From a virus, in the IMG/VR virus record IMGVR_UViG_3300025151_000024, positions 17,435 through 81,434 of that record: a stretch of 64,000 nucleotides of DNA; one strand, given 5' to 3'. The number at the start of each line of letters is the position of its first letter. Within the stretch, counting starts at the first letter, position 1. Shown piece after piece: positions 49,083 through 58,956 of this stretch. Under the pieces are notes generated by a model, which saw nothing but the letters and a program-made list of their open reading frames with translations, did not search any database and was not told the origin of the DNA. The translations under genes and the position numbers were made by a program.

Positions 49083-50558
49083 CTACGGTATCATCCAACT
49101 TGAATTTGCTTTTGTAGCCCCACCATACCAATCGTCAATGCCCGGTAAAACATCGTCAAGAAGTACAACTGACCCTTTGAATTCTTTAGTAGCCCAATTT
49201 GCTAAAGCGATACTCATTGCCAAGTCATCATGAGTACCAACACTTTCTAGACGACCATTTTTCTGCATACCAAATCGGTTTAATTCTTGTTCTAATTTAT
49301 GAGTATATTCTCGACTCTTCTCATCACCATATGGTGTTTTAATATGACCTTGCTCAAAGGCTAATAGTAAAGACATGAATAGAGATTCTTTCTTTGTGCG
49401 GGTTGTCATAAACACCTTAATCGGCATATCAGCAGCCATTTCCCTCATTTCTGCTTCAAGCATACGTTGGAAATTGTTACCTTCTAATTCTATTAAATCA
49501 GGTTGAAATCTATTATTTAAAACAACCATCATTCTTTTTTGTGCCATGCTAGACATTCCTCTTTCATGCACTACATGAACAATTTGCTTAACATCTTCAT
49601 CGGGTAACATACGCATAACAGTCATGGCAGTAAAGTCAGCGTTCTTATCAGAAGAAATTGCAGGGTCATGACCTATGAAATGCTGACCCCATACTCCATC
49701 AGGCTCTCCTTCTTCATTATAATTGGATTCTGCTCTTTCCATAAGAGTCAAATTTTCATCTCTAGCCATTTCTAAAATGTCCATTGGGAACATACTCGCT
49801 ACATCATGAATCGGTTCACACAGATACTCACGGCTAAACTGAATCGCTGGCATGGATAATCTTCGTTCTTCTAATGCTTCAAGATTCCATCTAGAAGGCC
49901 AAAGTGCCTCTCCTTTGGAATTAATAGCAGGATATGTTTCAACAGTAAAAGTCTCTTTCTTTTCTAATTCTGCGTACAAATCGTTGTACGAGAAAGGTGT
50001 TCCTACCATCATTAAACGACTAGAATGGTGAAGAACAGGAAGTAGTACACCGTAAAACCAGTCTGCCGCTCTTTGCAACTCAGTTCCAGTAGTACCCCAA
50101 AGAATATCGTCACAAACCACAACATCAGGGTGGAAACCACGAGTAGCACCACCAACGGACTTAGCCATAATACGAGAGCCATTTGAGAACTCAAAGTATG
50201 ACTTCGCCCAAGGTTTTCCTTCAGGTTTTAGTGAGCGAAGACAATCTGCTCCTTCGATATTATTTCTAATAAAACGCATATGCTCAAGAGTCTGCTCTAA
50301 AGAGTGTGAAAAAATCATGACGTGAGTTTTCGGGTTAAATGCCGCTAACCAAAGCGCATAAGACATGAAAAATACAGATTTACCGTGGTCACGAGACGCT
50401 TTAACGCAATAATATCGGTTAGAATCTAACCCTTTACCCCACTGTTCGTGATGCCAACTTAACTCAAAACCTAAAATTTCTGTGAAAAAATAATTGAATG
50501 ACTTCTTGCTCATTTCTCTATCCATTTGCTGGATAAAGTCTTGCATATCTTCGGCCAC
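49083..50558 (-). CDS. terL: Terminase large subunit
   Basis: Walker A ASRDHGKS, RG.H, Walker B VVVCDD, VGTP coupling motif, RNase H GHDPA...D.TA, HDDLAM. Confidence 0.95.
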   Translation of the reverse strand: MAEDMQDFIQQMDREMSKKSFNYFFTEILGFELSWHHEQWGKGLDSNRYYCVKASRDHGKSVFFMSYALWLAAFNPKTHVMIFSHSLEQTLEHMRFIRNNIEGADCLRSLKPEGKPWAKSYFEFSNGSRIMAKSVGGATRGFHPDVVVCDDILWGTTGTELQRAADWFYGVLLPVLHHSSRLMMVGTPFSYNDLYAELEKKETFTVETYPAINSKGEALWPSRWNLEALEERRLSMPAIQFSREYLCEPIHDVASMFPMDILEMARDENLTLMERAESNYNEEGEPDGVWGQHFIGHDPAISSDKNADFTAMTVMRMLPDEDVKQIVHVVHERGMSSMAQKRMMVVLNNRFQPDLIELEGNNFQRMLEAEMREMAADMPIKVFMTTRTKKESLFMSLLLAFEQGHIKTPYGDEKSREYTHKLEQELNRFGMQKNGRLESVGTHDDLAMSIALANWATKEFKGSVVLLDDVLPGIDDWYGGATKANSSWMIP

Positions 50559-50562
50559 TCAA

Positions 50563-51309
50563 TTAACCTCCCATAATTGATGAGCCACTAGCACCACCAG
50601 TTAAATCAGGTTGATTTTGTTGCGCTTGGTCTTTTTTATCTTGAAAATTAGATTTATCATACTCATCCAAAAGTGTTCGCATTTGTTGTGGTGTTACTGT
50701 TGGTTCTGCTAAATTGGCTGTAGGTCTTTGTGATAAAACACCCACTTCTTTACTAGTCATAGTAGGTGTCGCTTCAACTGTCGGCTGGCTCAAAGATGGT
50801 AGCCCGCCTGTAATTTCAGGTGAAAAGGTAGTTTGCCCTTCTTGGGTAGTATAGCGTCTTGTTTCAGCAGGCGTTTGAGGCCTAAACATTTCTTCTACTG
50901 GTTGTTTTACTGCTACCCTACCAAATTCGTCTCTTTGTCCTTCTCTCGCCGCTTCAATATTAGATAATGTCCTTCTAGTTAATACGGGTTCAACTGATGC
51001 ACCTGCCATCTGTGCACCCTGTACACCTTGCATAATAGACTCAATAGGTCTAGGTCTACCTCGTAAATACCCTTGACCTAAGTAACTCAAACCTCTCCCT
51101 GCACCATAAAGATTAGCAAGAATTCTTGCTCTTTTTTGAGCAGCGGTAAATTTTTCTCTTTCAGGTTCTGTAAGCCCTAATTTTTCAGCACGTTGCCTAA
51201 CTTGTGCCCCTGTGAGGCTTCCAATAGCCCCACCAAACAAATCACTTAGCATACTATTACCAGCACCAACAGGAGGGGCTTCATTCTTCAAAACGAGAAT
51301 TTTACTCAT
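50563..51309 (-). CDS. Hypothetical Gln/Gly-rich protein (possible internal/ejection protein)
   Basis: GAGGTGA RBS before MSKILVLK; amphipathic Gly-rich helices. Confidence 0.55.
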   Translation of the reverse strand: MSKILVLKNEAPPVGAGNSMLSDLFGGAIGSLTGAQVRQRAEKLGLTEPEREKFTAAQKRARILANLYGAGRGLSYLGQGYLRGRPRPIESIMQGVQGAQMAGASVEPVLTRRTLSNIEAAREGQRDEFGRVAVKQPVEEMFRPQTPAETRRYTTQEGQTTFSPEITGGLPSLSQPTVEATPTMTSKEVGVLSQRPTANLAEPTVTPQQMRTLLDEYDKSNFQDKKDQAQQNQPDLTGGASGSSIMGG

Positions 51310-53539
51310 TTGAATCACCTCTGAAGGCCAACTTAACGGCTTTTACAATAACTGGGTTGATATCAAAAGTATTTGAAACTCTCTGCCAATCTCCTTTTGA
51401 AAGTAAAATAGTTCTAATGTCGTTTTTCGCTATGCCCATTTTCTGAGCCATATAGGAGATATCCTCTTCCTTATTCATATTCAAAGAAGAACTAGGGAGT
51501 AATTTTTTGACATCAGGATTAAGATTAGCAGCCTTCATCTGAATATTTTCCATCGCTTTAATCAAACGATTTTGAGCATCTTCACTTTTCATGAAAGGAG
51601 TAAGAGTCTGTTGATACGGGTCTGCTATTGCACTTTGAAACGCGGCTAATCTTTGTTGGGCTTCAGGAGAAGTGAAATCAGGGGCCGCTCTACCTTCTTG
51701 CCCTAATCCAGTTCTAGCAACGTAGACCCTTCTTGCTTGTTGAGGTGTTGCATATTGGAATGCTCTTCTCGCTGCCATAAGTTCTGCATCTGAAGGTTGA
51801 GCAGGTTGTTGAACAGGTTGTTGAACAGGAGCAGGAGCAGGAGCAGGAGCGGGTGGTCTCGGTGCTAATCTCGCCTCTTCTCTTGGTGCGGGTGCAGGTG
51901 CGGGTGCAGGTGCGGGTGCAGGTGCGGGTGCAGTTTGTTTAGATGCAACTGGATTATGAGTATGAATATAGTAATCTTGAACGTGTTGAGGGAAATCCTG
52001 CCTTGCTACACCCGAACTCATTCTACCAGCGTGAGCGGTAGAAGGCATTTCTTCTGCGGATAAAACTCCCCGCTGGGGTTCATGCCCATGATGATGAGAT
52101 AGAGCATTAGCAAAAGCAATTGCTAAATTTTCTTGCCCTTCTACATCTTCGTGAAGATTATAGTCATGTTCTATTGCATTTTTCAAATTACTAACACCGG
52201 GATTTTCGGGGTCTTCCCCCATTAAATTAGCAAAAGCAAACAAATCAGCAGCGGCCTCTTGACTTCTTTTCCCTCTAGAGCGTTGATAATCAGTAGTAAT
52301 TTCTCCCGCTTTTACATGAGTTCTGAATTGATTATAGTCCATTGCATCTTCAGGAGTTTGAATTGAATCTTTCAAAAAATTCACGACTTGCCCAGTAATA
52401 CCTTGTGAAGCGTCACCCATCAATAGATGGAGAATCGCAGGGGTTTGCGCTAATTTTCTCACAGCGGCATTAGCATAAGTTTCGTTACTTAATGCATCTC
52501 TTAATGTTACAACTCCACCTTCATCTTGTAGAATTGGAGTTTCTAATAGTTCAGGAGGCATTTTACTTTGGTCTAAAGAAAGTAAAGTCTTTGCAAACTG
52601 GGCAGTATTAGTAGGCCTCCCTCCCCCACCTTTTCTGTAAAATACATCAGGTAAATGATGAAGAACTTGCCAAGGGTGTACTTCACCAACAGCCATGTCA
52701 GGTTGATTAACATTCATCCTTTTCATCCACTCATCGGACATTTCTCCACTTGGACCGAGTTGTTTTCCAGCACCTCCTCTTTTTCGTGAGCCTACTGGAA
52801 CACCAGTTTCAGGATTTACAGATAAATCATCTACACCAATGTAGTGATGCGTTAAACCTTCATCATACTTTCCTAATTGTAAACCGCTTTCCATAAGCAC
52901 ATCTTTCAAAAAGTGGGCAAAAGGTATGGAATATGTTTCACCAAATCTACCTAAAACTGGATGTTCATGACTATTTGTGAAAACAGTTGCTAGTTTATCA
53001 TGTTGAATTGTGCCTTCTTCTTCACTCCCATGAGAACCATGTGTTCTCATACCGAGTGCTTCTTCTTTGTTTTTACCGGCTTGAAAATCACCATATCGAA
53101 GTTGTCGCCATTCAGGGCTATCTACATCAGGTAGCAAATGACCAGTATCGCCTCTTTTTGCTCTTTCACTATTGTACCTATCAATAGCCTCTTGAACTAC
53201 TTCTTTTGGAATTTGTTGTTTTCCATAACTCCCCAACATATTACCGACTTTACGAATAACACCATCTATTCCATGCATATGGTCTATACCAAATTCGTCT
53301 CGCCAAACGTGTTCACCGTGTTCTCCTTTACCCCACTGCCCTTTTGGGACACCAAGATTCCCGTAATGTGAAAATTTCGGTCGGTCAAAACCATTCTCAT
53401 GAGAGTCTTCGTGATTACCCCACATTAGTTCTTCAGGGTGATTTCCGTAATAGAAAATTTCACCAGTGACCGGATGAATTCCATGATTACCATCACCCTT
53501 CAATAGAAGACGGCCACGAAAACCCTTGATTAATCTCAA
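51302..53539 (-). CDS. Hypothetical 745-aa protein with Pro-Ala linker
   Basis: Long ORF, His/Gly-rich N-part, (AP)n linker, C-terminal helical domain. Confidence 0.6.
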   Translation of the reverse strand: MRLIKGFRGRLLLKGDGNHGIHPVTGEIFYYGNHPEELMWGNHEDSHENGFDRPKFSHYGNLGVPKGQWGKGEHGEHVWRDEFGIDHMHGIDGVIRKVGNMLGSYGKQQIPKEVVQEAIDRYNSERAKRGDTGHLLPDVDSPEWRQLRYGDFQAGKNKEEALGMRTHGSHGSEEEGTIQHDKLATVFTNSHEHPVLGRFGETYSIPFAHFLKDVLMESGLQLGKYDEGLTHHYIGVDDLSVNPETGVPVGSRKRGGAGKQLGPSGEMSDEWMKRMNVNQPDMAVGEVHPWQVLHHLPDVFYRKGGGGRPTNTAQFAKTLLSLDQSKMPPELLETPILQDEGGVVTLRDALSNETYANAAVRKLAQTPAILHLLMGDASQGITGQVVNFLKDSIQTPEDAMDYNQFRTHVKAGEITTDYQRSRGKRSQEAAADLFAFANLMGEDPENPGVSNLKNAIEHDYNLHEDVEGQENLAIAFANALSHHHGHEPQRGVLSAEEMPSTAHAGRMSSGVARQDFPQHVQDYYIHTHNPVASKQTAPAPAPAPAPAPAPAPREEARLAPRPPAPAPAPAPVQQPVQQPAQPSDAELMAARRAFQYATPQQARRVYVARTGLGQEGRAAPDFTSPEAQQRLAAFQSAIADPYQQTLTPFMKSEDAQNRLIKAMENIQMKAANLNPDVKKLLPSSSLNMNKEEDISYMAQKMGIAKNDIRTILLSKGDWQRVSNTFDINPVIVKAVKLAFRGDSNE
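51885..51932 (+). repeat. (GGTGCGGGTGCA)4 coding repeat giving (Ala-Pro)8
   Basis: Read directly. Confidence 0.9.
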
Positions 53540-54732
53540 GCAGTTCTACCTCCACGACCTACATCATGCCCAGTAGAATCTAAGCCGAAATGCCTTGGGT
53601 CAGTCTTAGCATCTTCCGTTGCACCCTCCGGTCGTGTGGTTTGTTTTGGTCCATTTTCAGGATGTTTTGGAAGATTTGAGCCTCCCCCACCTGTATCTTT
53701 AGTACCATATCCTTTCTTCTTTTGCTCCTTTTCTCTCAATAACTTCTTGGTTCTATTCAATAAGTGTCGTAATTCTTGAACAGTAGCCCAATCATACCTT
53801 TTTTGAATATCACTTCCTTTGAAATCATCAAAACTCATAGCGACTTGAGATGCCCCACTCATAGCAAGATGTGGCGCTCCTGCAATAGTAGGTGGTTGAA
53901 TTGGTGGTGGTCTATGTGGTTTTAGTTTGGGTTTTGGCATTCCTCTTGTTGAATAACCATATCCTTGAGTAATTTGTGGGGTTGTAGGTTGTGTTCTAAT
54001 TTGACCTTGTTGAGCACGAGAAGCCTGTTGTGCTTGGAATCTTTGATATTTACGAGGGTCTTCTAATCGCATTGGTTGTTTTGTTTTGATACCACGGTGA
54101 CTCATCTCTACAGCAAGATGCGCTCGACCAAGACCTGTTTTCTTTGAGCCACCTAATGAACGACTAAGCGCTTTGGCTCTTCTAGAAGTTGCACTTTTAG
54201 GGCTGTAACCGCCTTTTGGTTTTTTGAATTCACCAGTGCTTGGCTTTCCTTTTGCTCTAGCCTCCTGCTTCATTCTTTTTTCTCTTTCTTTTTTGGAGGC
54301 TTTGAGTAGTTCAGACCAAGCGTGTTCCATTGGTTCACTCATAGCAACCATTTCTCCACGAGCAGCACCCGGCCCTTTTGCACCACCAGCGAGACTTGAA
54401 AGATAGCCAAAATTTCCAGCAGCGCCAGTCTGAGAATGTAACTCACGGTCAGCATCTATTTTTTCTGAATCATCCCGGTCTTCTTCTTCATCTTCGTCTT
54501 CTTCAAACTCTCTAAGCATCTTGGGTTTAACCTTGATATGCTTACGAGATTTCTCTTTTTTCTCCTGCTCTTCTTTTTTCTTTTGCTTCTTCTCTTTTTC
54601 AGCGTCAGCATACCTTGGGTCTGAAGGAGAATAGTTGTCTTCTTCGCCATTATTTCTGAACATATATGACGATTCTGACCTAGGATTGTAGATTCGGGTA
54701 TCAGAACCCCTTCCCATCATTCCTTCAGTCAT
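53536..54732 (-). CDS. Hypothetical low-complexity protein with acidic N-part and very basic C-part
   Basis: Start moved to MTEGMMG; internal PMEHAWSELLKA motif separates the acidic and basic regions. Confidence 0.6.
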   Translation of the reverse strand: MTEGMMGRGSDTRIYNPRSESSYMFRNNGEEDNYSPSDPRYADAEKEKKQKKKEEQEKKEKSRKHIKVKPKMLREFEEDEDEEEDRDDSEKIDADRELHSQTGAAGNFGYLSSLAGGAKGPGAARGEMVAMSEPMEHAWSELLKASKKEREKRMKQEARAKGKPSTGEFKKPKGGYSPKSATSRRAKALSRSLGGSKKTGLGRAHLAVEMSHRGIKTKQPMRLEDPRKYQRFQAQQASRAQQGQIRTQPTTPQITQGYGYSTRGMPKPKLKPHRPPPIQPPTIAGAPHLAMSGASQVAMSFDDFKGSDIQKRYDWATVQELRHLLNRTKKLLREKEQKKKGYGTKDTGGGGSNLPKHPENGPKQTTRPEGATEDAKTDPRHFGLDSTGHDVGRGGRTA

Positions 54733-55138
54733 AGATAGAATCCCCCATGATGTACATCGAAGAGCGGTATAGCGCACTGGCTATGTCTTCATAAAAGTCT
54801 TGAATGGAAGAAGGGCTTGTAAAGCACTTACCCATCTTAGATAACTCATCTTGAACAAGTGGAATTGTCTTCCTTAATTCGGCCCTAACATTGAAAACAA
54901 TTTCCGGCTCATCTGTCTCACAAAGCGCTCTTAACATCTCTATCAAGTCAACAATTTGGTCACCAAAATGCAAACCATATTCTGACCTTTCAACGTATGA
55001 ATTGAATTTTTGGAATACAAGAGAAACATAATCTAAGAAAGTTGGAAGTTGTTTTTCATTTATGATTGGATAATTATTTAGAAGTTGGAAACCGGGGTGG
55101 TTTGCAACAAATAACTCATCAATGTAAATCGGCCTCAA
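54725..55138 (-). CDS. Hypothetical helical protein
   Basis: Probable TTG start at 55138 after GAGGTGA (MRPIYIDELF...), avoiding a long overlap with the upstream gene. Confidence 0.55.
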   Translation of the reverse strand: MRPIYIDELFVANHPGFQLLNNYPIINEKQLPTFLDYVSLVFQKFNSYVERSEYGLHFGDQIVDLIEMLRALCETDEPEIVFNVRAELRKTIPLVQDELSKMGKCFTSPSSIQDFYEDIASALYRSSMYIMGDSIYD

Positions 55139-55820
55139 AAGTCTCACCTCCAGTATTTTCAAGCAATTGTGCCTTAATTCGTTTCCAACTATCAGGACTT
55201 TCTTTTGCGAGTTCGACCTTAAGGACATTAATCGTTTGATTAACAGTTGTCTCGCTGGTATCTCCACCCCACTGGTCGTTAAATTTGAGTAAATCTTTCA
55301 CAGTTTCACGAACTTCTTTGTGAAGAGATACAGCATCACGAACAAAACCGTCTTCATGAACTGAACCTTCAGAAAGTAATTCTGATAACTTGTAATTTAA
55401 CCGCTCAGCATTGCTTCTGAGAAGATTAAGTTCCTGACCTACAGAAAAAGCAACCTCTATTGCTGCTGATTTTTGAACTAAAGGTTGGAAGTGATGTTTC
55501 ATATGATGGTAAACCGTATTCTCAGCAACCTCTAATTCATCGGCTATACTGTCAATTTCATTACCATCAGCGAAAAAACGACTCTCGTAATTAGCACGTT
55601 CAGGATGAGAACAAATTACACAAGAAGGATTAGCAGCCATATGGTATTCACCCATATGATTTCTAAAATGTCGGTCAGCGGTATTCGCCCTCCAACCCAT
55701 ATCTTTGTCTAACTGTTTTGCTGAAAATTCACCAGCCAAAAGCGATGCTTCCAAAGCGTCTCTTTCTTCTGATTGACAGAAGGCGCAAGAGCGTTTAGAA
55801 ACACGAGCGTTATCACTCAT
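55119..55820 (-). CDS. Tandem Zn/HTH DNA-binding protein, candidate terminase small subunit
   Basis: Two CxxC...HTH...HxxxH repeats, then coiled coil and a TVNQTINVL strand. Confidence 0.5.
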   Translation of the reverse strand: MSDNARVSKRSCAFCQSEERDALEASLLAGEFSAKQLDKDMGWRANTADRHFRNHMGEYHMAANPSCVICSHPERANYESRFFADGNEIDSIADELEVAENTVYHHMKHHFQPLVQKSAAIEVAFSVGQELNLLRSNAERLNYKLSELLSEGSVHEDGFVRDAVSLHKEVRETVKDLLKFNDQWGGDTSETTVNQTINVLKVELAKESPDSWKRIKAQLLENTGGETFEADLH

Positions 55821-55852
55821 TAGTATCGCTTATGAGGGGTAGCCCAATAAAC

Positions 55853-56113
55853 TTAATTCTGCATCTGTGTTATTCTGCCGTAAACAGCGGATAAAAATAC
55901 CAAAGACGTGAACAAACCAAATATGAAAAAAGTAGCCTCATTTGTGTTCAAAGAGTTCCCTTTAAACAACAAAACTGCAACCATCAATACTATCAAACTG
56001 ATTAGTTGTACCATAATCATATCAATGACTACACTTCTTTTTGGACTCCACATATCTAATGATAAATTTGTCAGTTGATTAGGGATTACAGTTAAAGGGT
56101 TATTATCTAACAT
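55853..56113 (-). CDS. Two-TM membrane protein
   Basis: Two long hydrophobic segments. Confidence 0.7.
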   Translation of the reverse strand: MLDNNPLTVIPNQLTNLSLDMWSPKRSVVIDMIMVQLISLIVLMVAVLLFKGNSLNTNEATFFIFGLFTSLVFLSAVYGRITQMQN

Positions 56114-56769
56114 TATGCTCTACCTCCAAACATCAAAGACCGGGCAGTTGAACCTAATGCATTACCCATGCTTTCCATCATACCCGGATTTTCCAAAGCA
56201 GCACCAAGAGCACCTTGCAGCATACTTTGATTGGCTGCTGCTAAGATTTGTTGCCTTTTCATTTCAGCGTTTTGGATAATTCCATTAGATTGATTTTGAA
56301 GGTTAGATAATTGTGCAACAATATTTTCTGCACTCAAAGTTTGTAAATCGCTAGGTAGAGAAGTAACATCTAAAGTTAAACTTCCATCCTCTTCATTTAA
56401 AGAAAATTTAGAGTTTTTCAAAACATTTAGTATAGAAAATGTCATGATATTGGTTACCATATCAATGAATACAGGCATTTGTTGACTCACAAAGAACTTA
56501 TCAATCGGGTTCAAAGTTTGCAACATTGCATCCAAAATTTCACTATCTGAAGGAGGTGTTACTGGAGCGTTAGAGTATTGATTGTACTGGTCTCCATACC
56601 CCATTCCACCGAAAAGACCCTGCATCATAGGATTTCCAGCCATACCATTTTGCATAGGTTGTTGTGCAAAACCGTTCATACCAGCACCCATAGGAGCACC
56701 AGTTTGGCTTAGGTTAAGTGAATTTGACGCTAATTGTTGTGATTGATTATTACCAAAAAGTCCGACCAT
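56113..56769 (-). CDS. Gln/Met/Gly-rich helical protein
   Basis: Low-complexity N-terminus, coiled-coil and amphipathic C-terminus; GAGGTGAG RBS. Confidence 0.6.
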   Translation of the reverse strand: MVGLFGNNQSQQLASNSLNLSQTGAPMGAGMNGFAQQPMQNGMAGNPMMQGLFGGMGYGDQYNQYSNAPVTPPSDSEILDAMLQTLNPIDKFFVSQQMPVFIDMVTNIMTFSILNVLKNSKFSLNEEDGSLTLDVTSLPSDLQTLSAENIVAQLSNLQNQSNGIIQNAEMKRQQILAAANQSMLQGALGAALENPGMMESMGNALGSTARSLMFGGRA

Positions 56770-56780
56770 TTCTTCTCACC

Positions 56781-57722
56781 TCATTGTGGTTGTTGTGGAG
56801 GCACAGGGGGGGTCGCCTCATTAGCCTGTTGATTCAAGATTTCTTGGAAAGCAGGTGTAGGTTGATTCATTTGCATCAATTCTTTTTGGAATATTCTTAA
56901 GTCAAAATGGACCGATGTTAAATCATTCATACCAGTTTCAGGATTCTTGTAATGAATTATATTTATACCACTAGTTTTTCTTGAATCTTGTTCAAGCATT
57001 TCAAAAAATGGTTCGTATTTTTGTAGCATTTCAGGAACAGGCGCTTCGTCCTTTTTCACAATACTAACTGGGACGGTAACAATTGAGACCCCTTGTTTCA
57101 CTTTATCTCTAAATCTAGAAGGTTTCATTTCATTTTCTTTTTCTTCTTCGGCTTCCCACTTACAAAGAAGATGGAATAAATGGAGATGTTCAGGACAATA
57201 AGTACCCCTCATTTTTCTTCCACTAGTAACTTTGTCCATAGCCAAAAACGCTTCAGCCTCTCCAGTTACAGGATTTTGCCAGTACATATCCCAAAGACTT
57301 CGGCCAGTCTCATCATCACATATTTTTGCATAGAGATTATCATACTGGATTAATTCTTTACAGTCGCAACCATCAACCACACAAAGATGAGATTGCTTGT
57401 TGTAGAGATATTTTGAGCCAAAAATTCTCCTTGGAGAGAAAAGGAAGCGCTTTGTTGGTCTCAAAAGCCGATATGCTTGTCTAATATCTTGACTTCTAGC
57501 CTTTCTAGGATTGGCGTGAGTGCTTGGATAGAAGTTAACTTTTGGAACTTCAAGATTTCTTTGATTTGCGATTTGTTGCATTTCCCTTTGAGCAGCAGCC
57601 TGTTCCATCAACACTGCTCTAGTCAGTTGTGGGTTACCTTGTGCTGCTAAAGCCATAAGTGCAGCATCATTTGAAAATCCTAAGTTTGTGTATTGACTTT
57701 CACCCGAAAAAGGTATATTCAT
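56781..57722 (-). CDS. Hypothetical protein with probable Zn site
   Basis: CVVDGCDC...YCPEH; Gln/Pro-rich ends. Confidence 0.6.
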   Translation of the reverse strand: MNIPFSGESQYTNLGFSNDAALMALAAQGNPQLTRAVLMEQAAAQREMQQIANQRNLEVPKVNFYPSTHANPRKARSQDIRQAYRLLRPTKRFLFSPRRIFGSKYLYNKQSHLCVVDGCDCKELIQYDNLYAKICDDETGRSLWDMYWQNPVTGEAEAFLAMDKVTSGRKMRGTYCPEHLHLFHLLCKWEAEEEKENEMKPSRFRDKVKQGVSIVTVPVSIVKKDEAPVPEMLQKYEPFFEMLEQDSRKTSGINIIHYKNPETGMNDLTSVHFDLRIFQKELMQMNQPTPAFQEILNQQANEATPPVPPQQPQ

Positions 57723-57726
57723 CGTC

Positions 57727-57912
57727 TCACACATCCTTTACTGGATTCACTTTGATACAAAAGTCCCCATTTTCTATATCCAACTTCCACGTTAATCGGT
57801 CGCCGGGTTTCAAGTCAAACTGCTCTATAATCCAAATTGGAACTGTAGAGCGTAGACTATTCGACCCACCACCTGTGGCTACGAGGGTGGTGTCGTTTTT
57901 TACTCTAGCCAT
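57727..57912 (-). CDS. AbrB/SpoVT/MazE-type DNA-binding protein
   Basis: SLRSTVPIWIIEQFDLKPGDRLTW matches the swapped-hairpin consensus. Confidence 0.8.
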   Translation of the reverse strand: MARVKNDTTLVATGGGSNSLRSTVPIWIIEQFDLKPGDRLTWKLDIENGDFCIKVNPVKDV

Positions 57913-57934
57913 AGTATCACCGAGATGTTAGTTC

Positions 57935-57970
57935 TTCAAAAGGATATTGGTGGGGTCATTCAAAAGGATA
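57935..57970 (+). repeat. Direct repeat TTCAAAAGGATA x2 upstream of the AbrB gene
   Basis: Exact 12-mers at 57935-57946 and 57959-57970. Confidence 0.8.
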
Positions 57971-57974
57971 ATTA

Positions 57975-58688
57975 TCAACTGGACAATAAATCAAGCATGG
58001 TTACTTCCACATTCCACCCAATTCTTGTAGCCATAAAGGAACGTTTTGTTCTAATACCTGCTTTTTGTAATCTAATTAAGTCATCACGAAATGGGTCGAA
58101 AATCTTGTGTTCCCCAATTCTTCCCTGTTGCCAAAGCATTGCAGCGTTCTCATCGAAAAATCGGTCTGCTTTATTCCCAACTAACATGATAACTTTAGGA
58201 GAATATCTTTTACCTCGCCATCTACTTTTTAGGGTTCGGTAGCGATAATTTCTTTTAATCAAAGTATCAACTAAGAATTTGAAGCCCGCAACTTGCTCAA
58301 CTCCTTCCATACCTCCTTTAAAAGCCCGGTCGTCAAACATATAGACAACAGCCTCAACTTGGCGAGATACCATATCTTCAACCCATAAATTCCAATATCT
58401 CTCTTGACCACCAATATCTGCTGAATTTACAACTCTTTTTTCACCCTTCCAATGAACTCGTTTTTTAGTAGCCCTCGGTAAAATGTATCTAGTTAGAATT
58501 TTGAAATGCTCTGTTCTTTCATCTTCTGAAATTTCCTCCATTTCACCCGGAGTAGTAAGATAACTGTCTAAAGTTGTTTTACCAACCATACTTGTCCCAT
58601 AAACAGCAACTGACCTCGGTTTCCAAGAATTATAGAGATTCTGACCCCAAAGGGCTGCACCAATGAGTACACTGCCCGTCATGGACAT
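57975..58688 (-). CDS. Small GTPase, Ras superfamily (Arf-like)
   Basis: G1 GTSMVGKT, G3 DIGGQE..W.LW, VVYMFD, G4 GNKAD, G5-like FMAT..GWNV. Confidence 0.88.
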   Translation of the reverse strand: MSMTGSVLIGAALWGQNLYNSWKPRSVAVYGTSMVGKTTLDSYLTTPGEMEEISEDERTEHFKILTRYILPRATKKRVHWKGEKRVVNSADIGGQERYWNLWVEDMVSRQVEAVVYMFDDRAFKGGMEGVEQVAGFKFLVDTLIKRNYRYRTLKSRWRGKRYSPKVIMLVGNKADRFFDENAAMLWQQGRIGEHKIFDPFRDDLIRLQKAGIRTKRSFMATRIGWNVEVTMLDLLSS

Positions 58689-58692
58689 AATA

Positions 58693-58956
58693 TCAACTCA
58701 CTAAGTCTACTAACCAATTACCAAAATCTGCTACTTGCTGGAAAAACCACTCAACTGTCATAGACCAAAGAGAAACATCGTAATATAATTCAGTAGCACT
58801 AACAGTAAGAACAGACGCTACACTGACAATTATTGTTCTAACCCAACCATAACCCCATTCGTAGACGTTATCTACAGTATTTGCTAAGTGCATAGCACGT
58901 AGCGTTTCTTCAACGGAGTCGTCTTTTGGTGTTTTGAAAATCTTCCCCATGCTCAA
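58693..58956 (-). CDS. Small membrane protein
   Basis: Hydrophobic helix WVRTIIVSVASVLTVSA plus amphipathic Trp-rich C-terminus. Confidence 0.65.
   Translation of the reverse strand: MSMGKIFKTPKDDSVEETLRAMHLANTVDNVYEWGYGWVRTIIVSVASVLTVSATELYYDVSLWSMTVEWFFQQVADFGNWLVDLVS

Noticed and set aside
47459-50558. Intein or intron in terminase or portal explaining the LAGLIDADG domain
   Set aside because: Terminase and portal are each continuous; no intein splice motifs flank the domain
54733-54777. Longer N-termini given by the ORF track (also 55139-55267, 60660-60707, 61691-61849, 63098-63169)
   Set aside because: Downstream starts have better RBS or stop-start coupling and avoid long overlaps
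57727-57912. MazE antitoxin of a toxin-antitoxin pair
   Set aside because: No adjacent PIN/MazF-like toxin is recognisable
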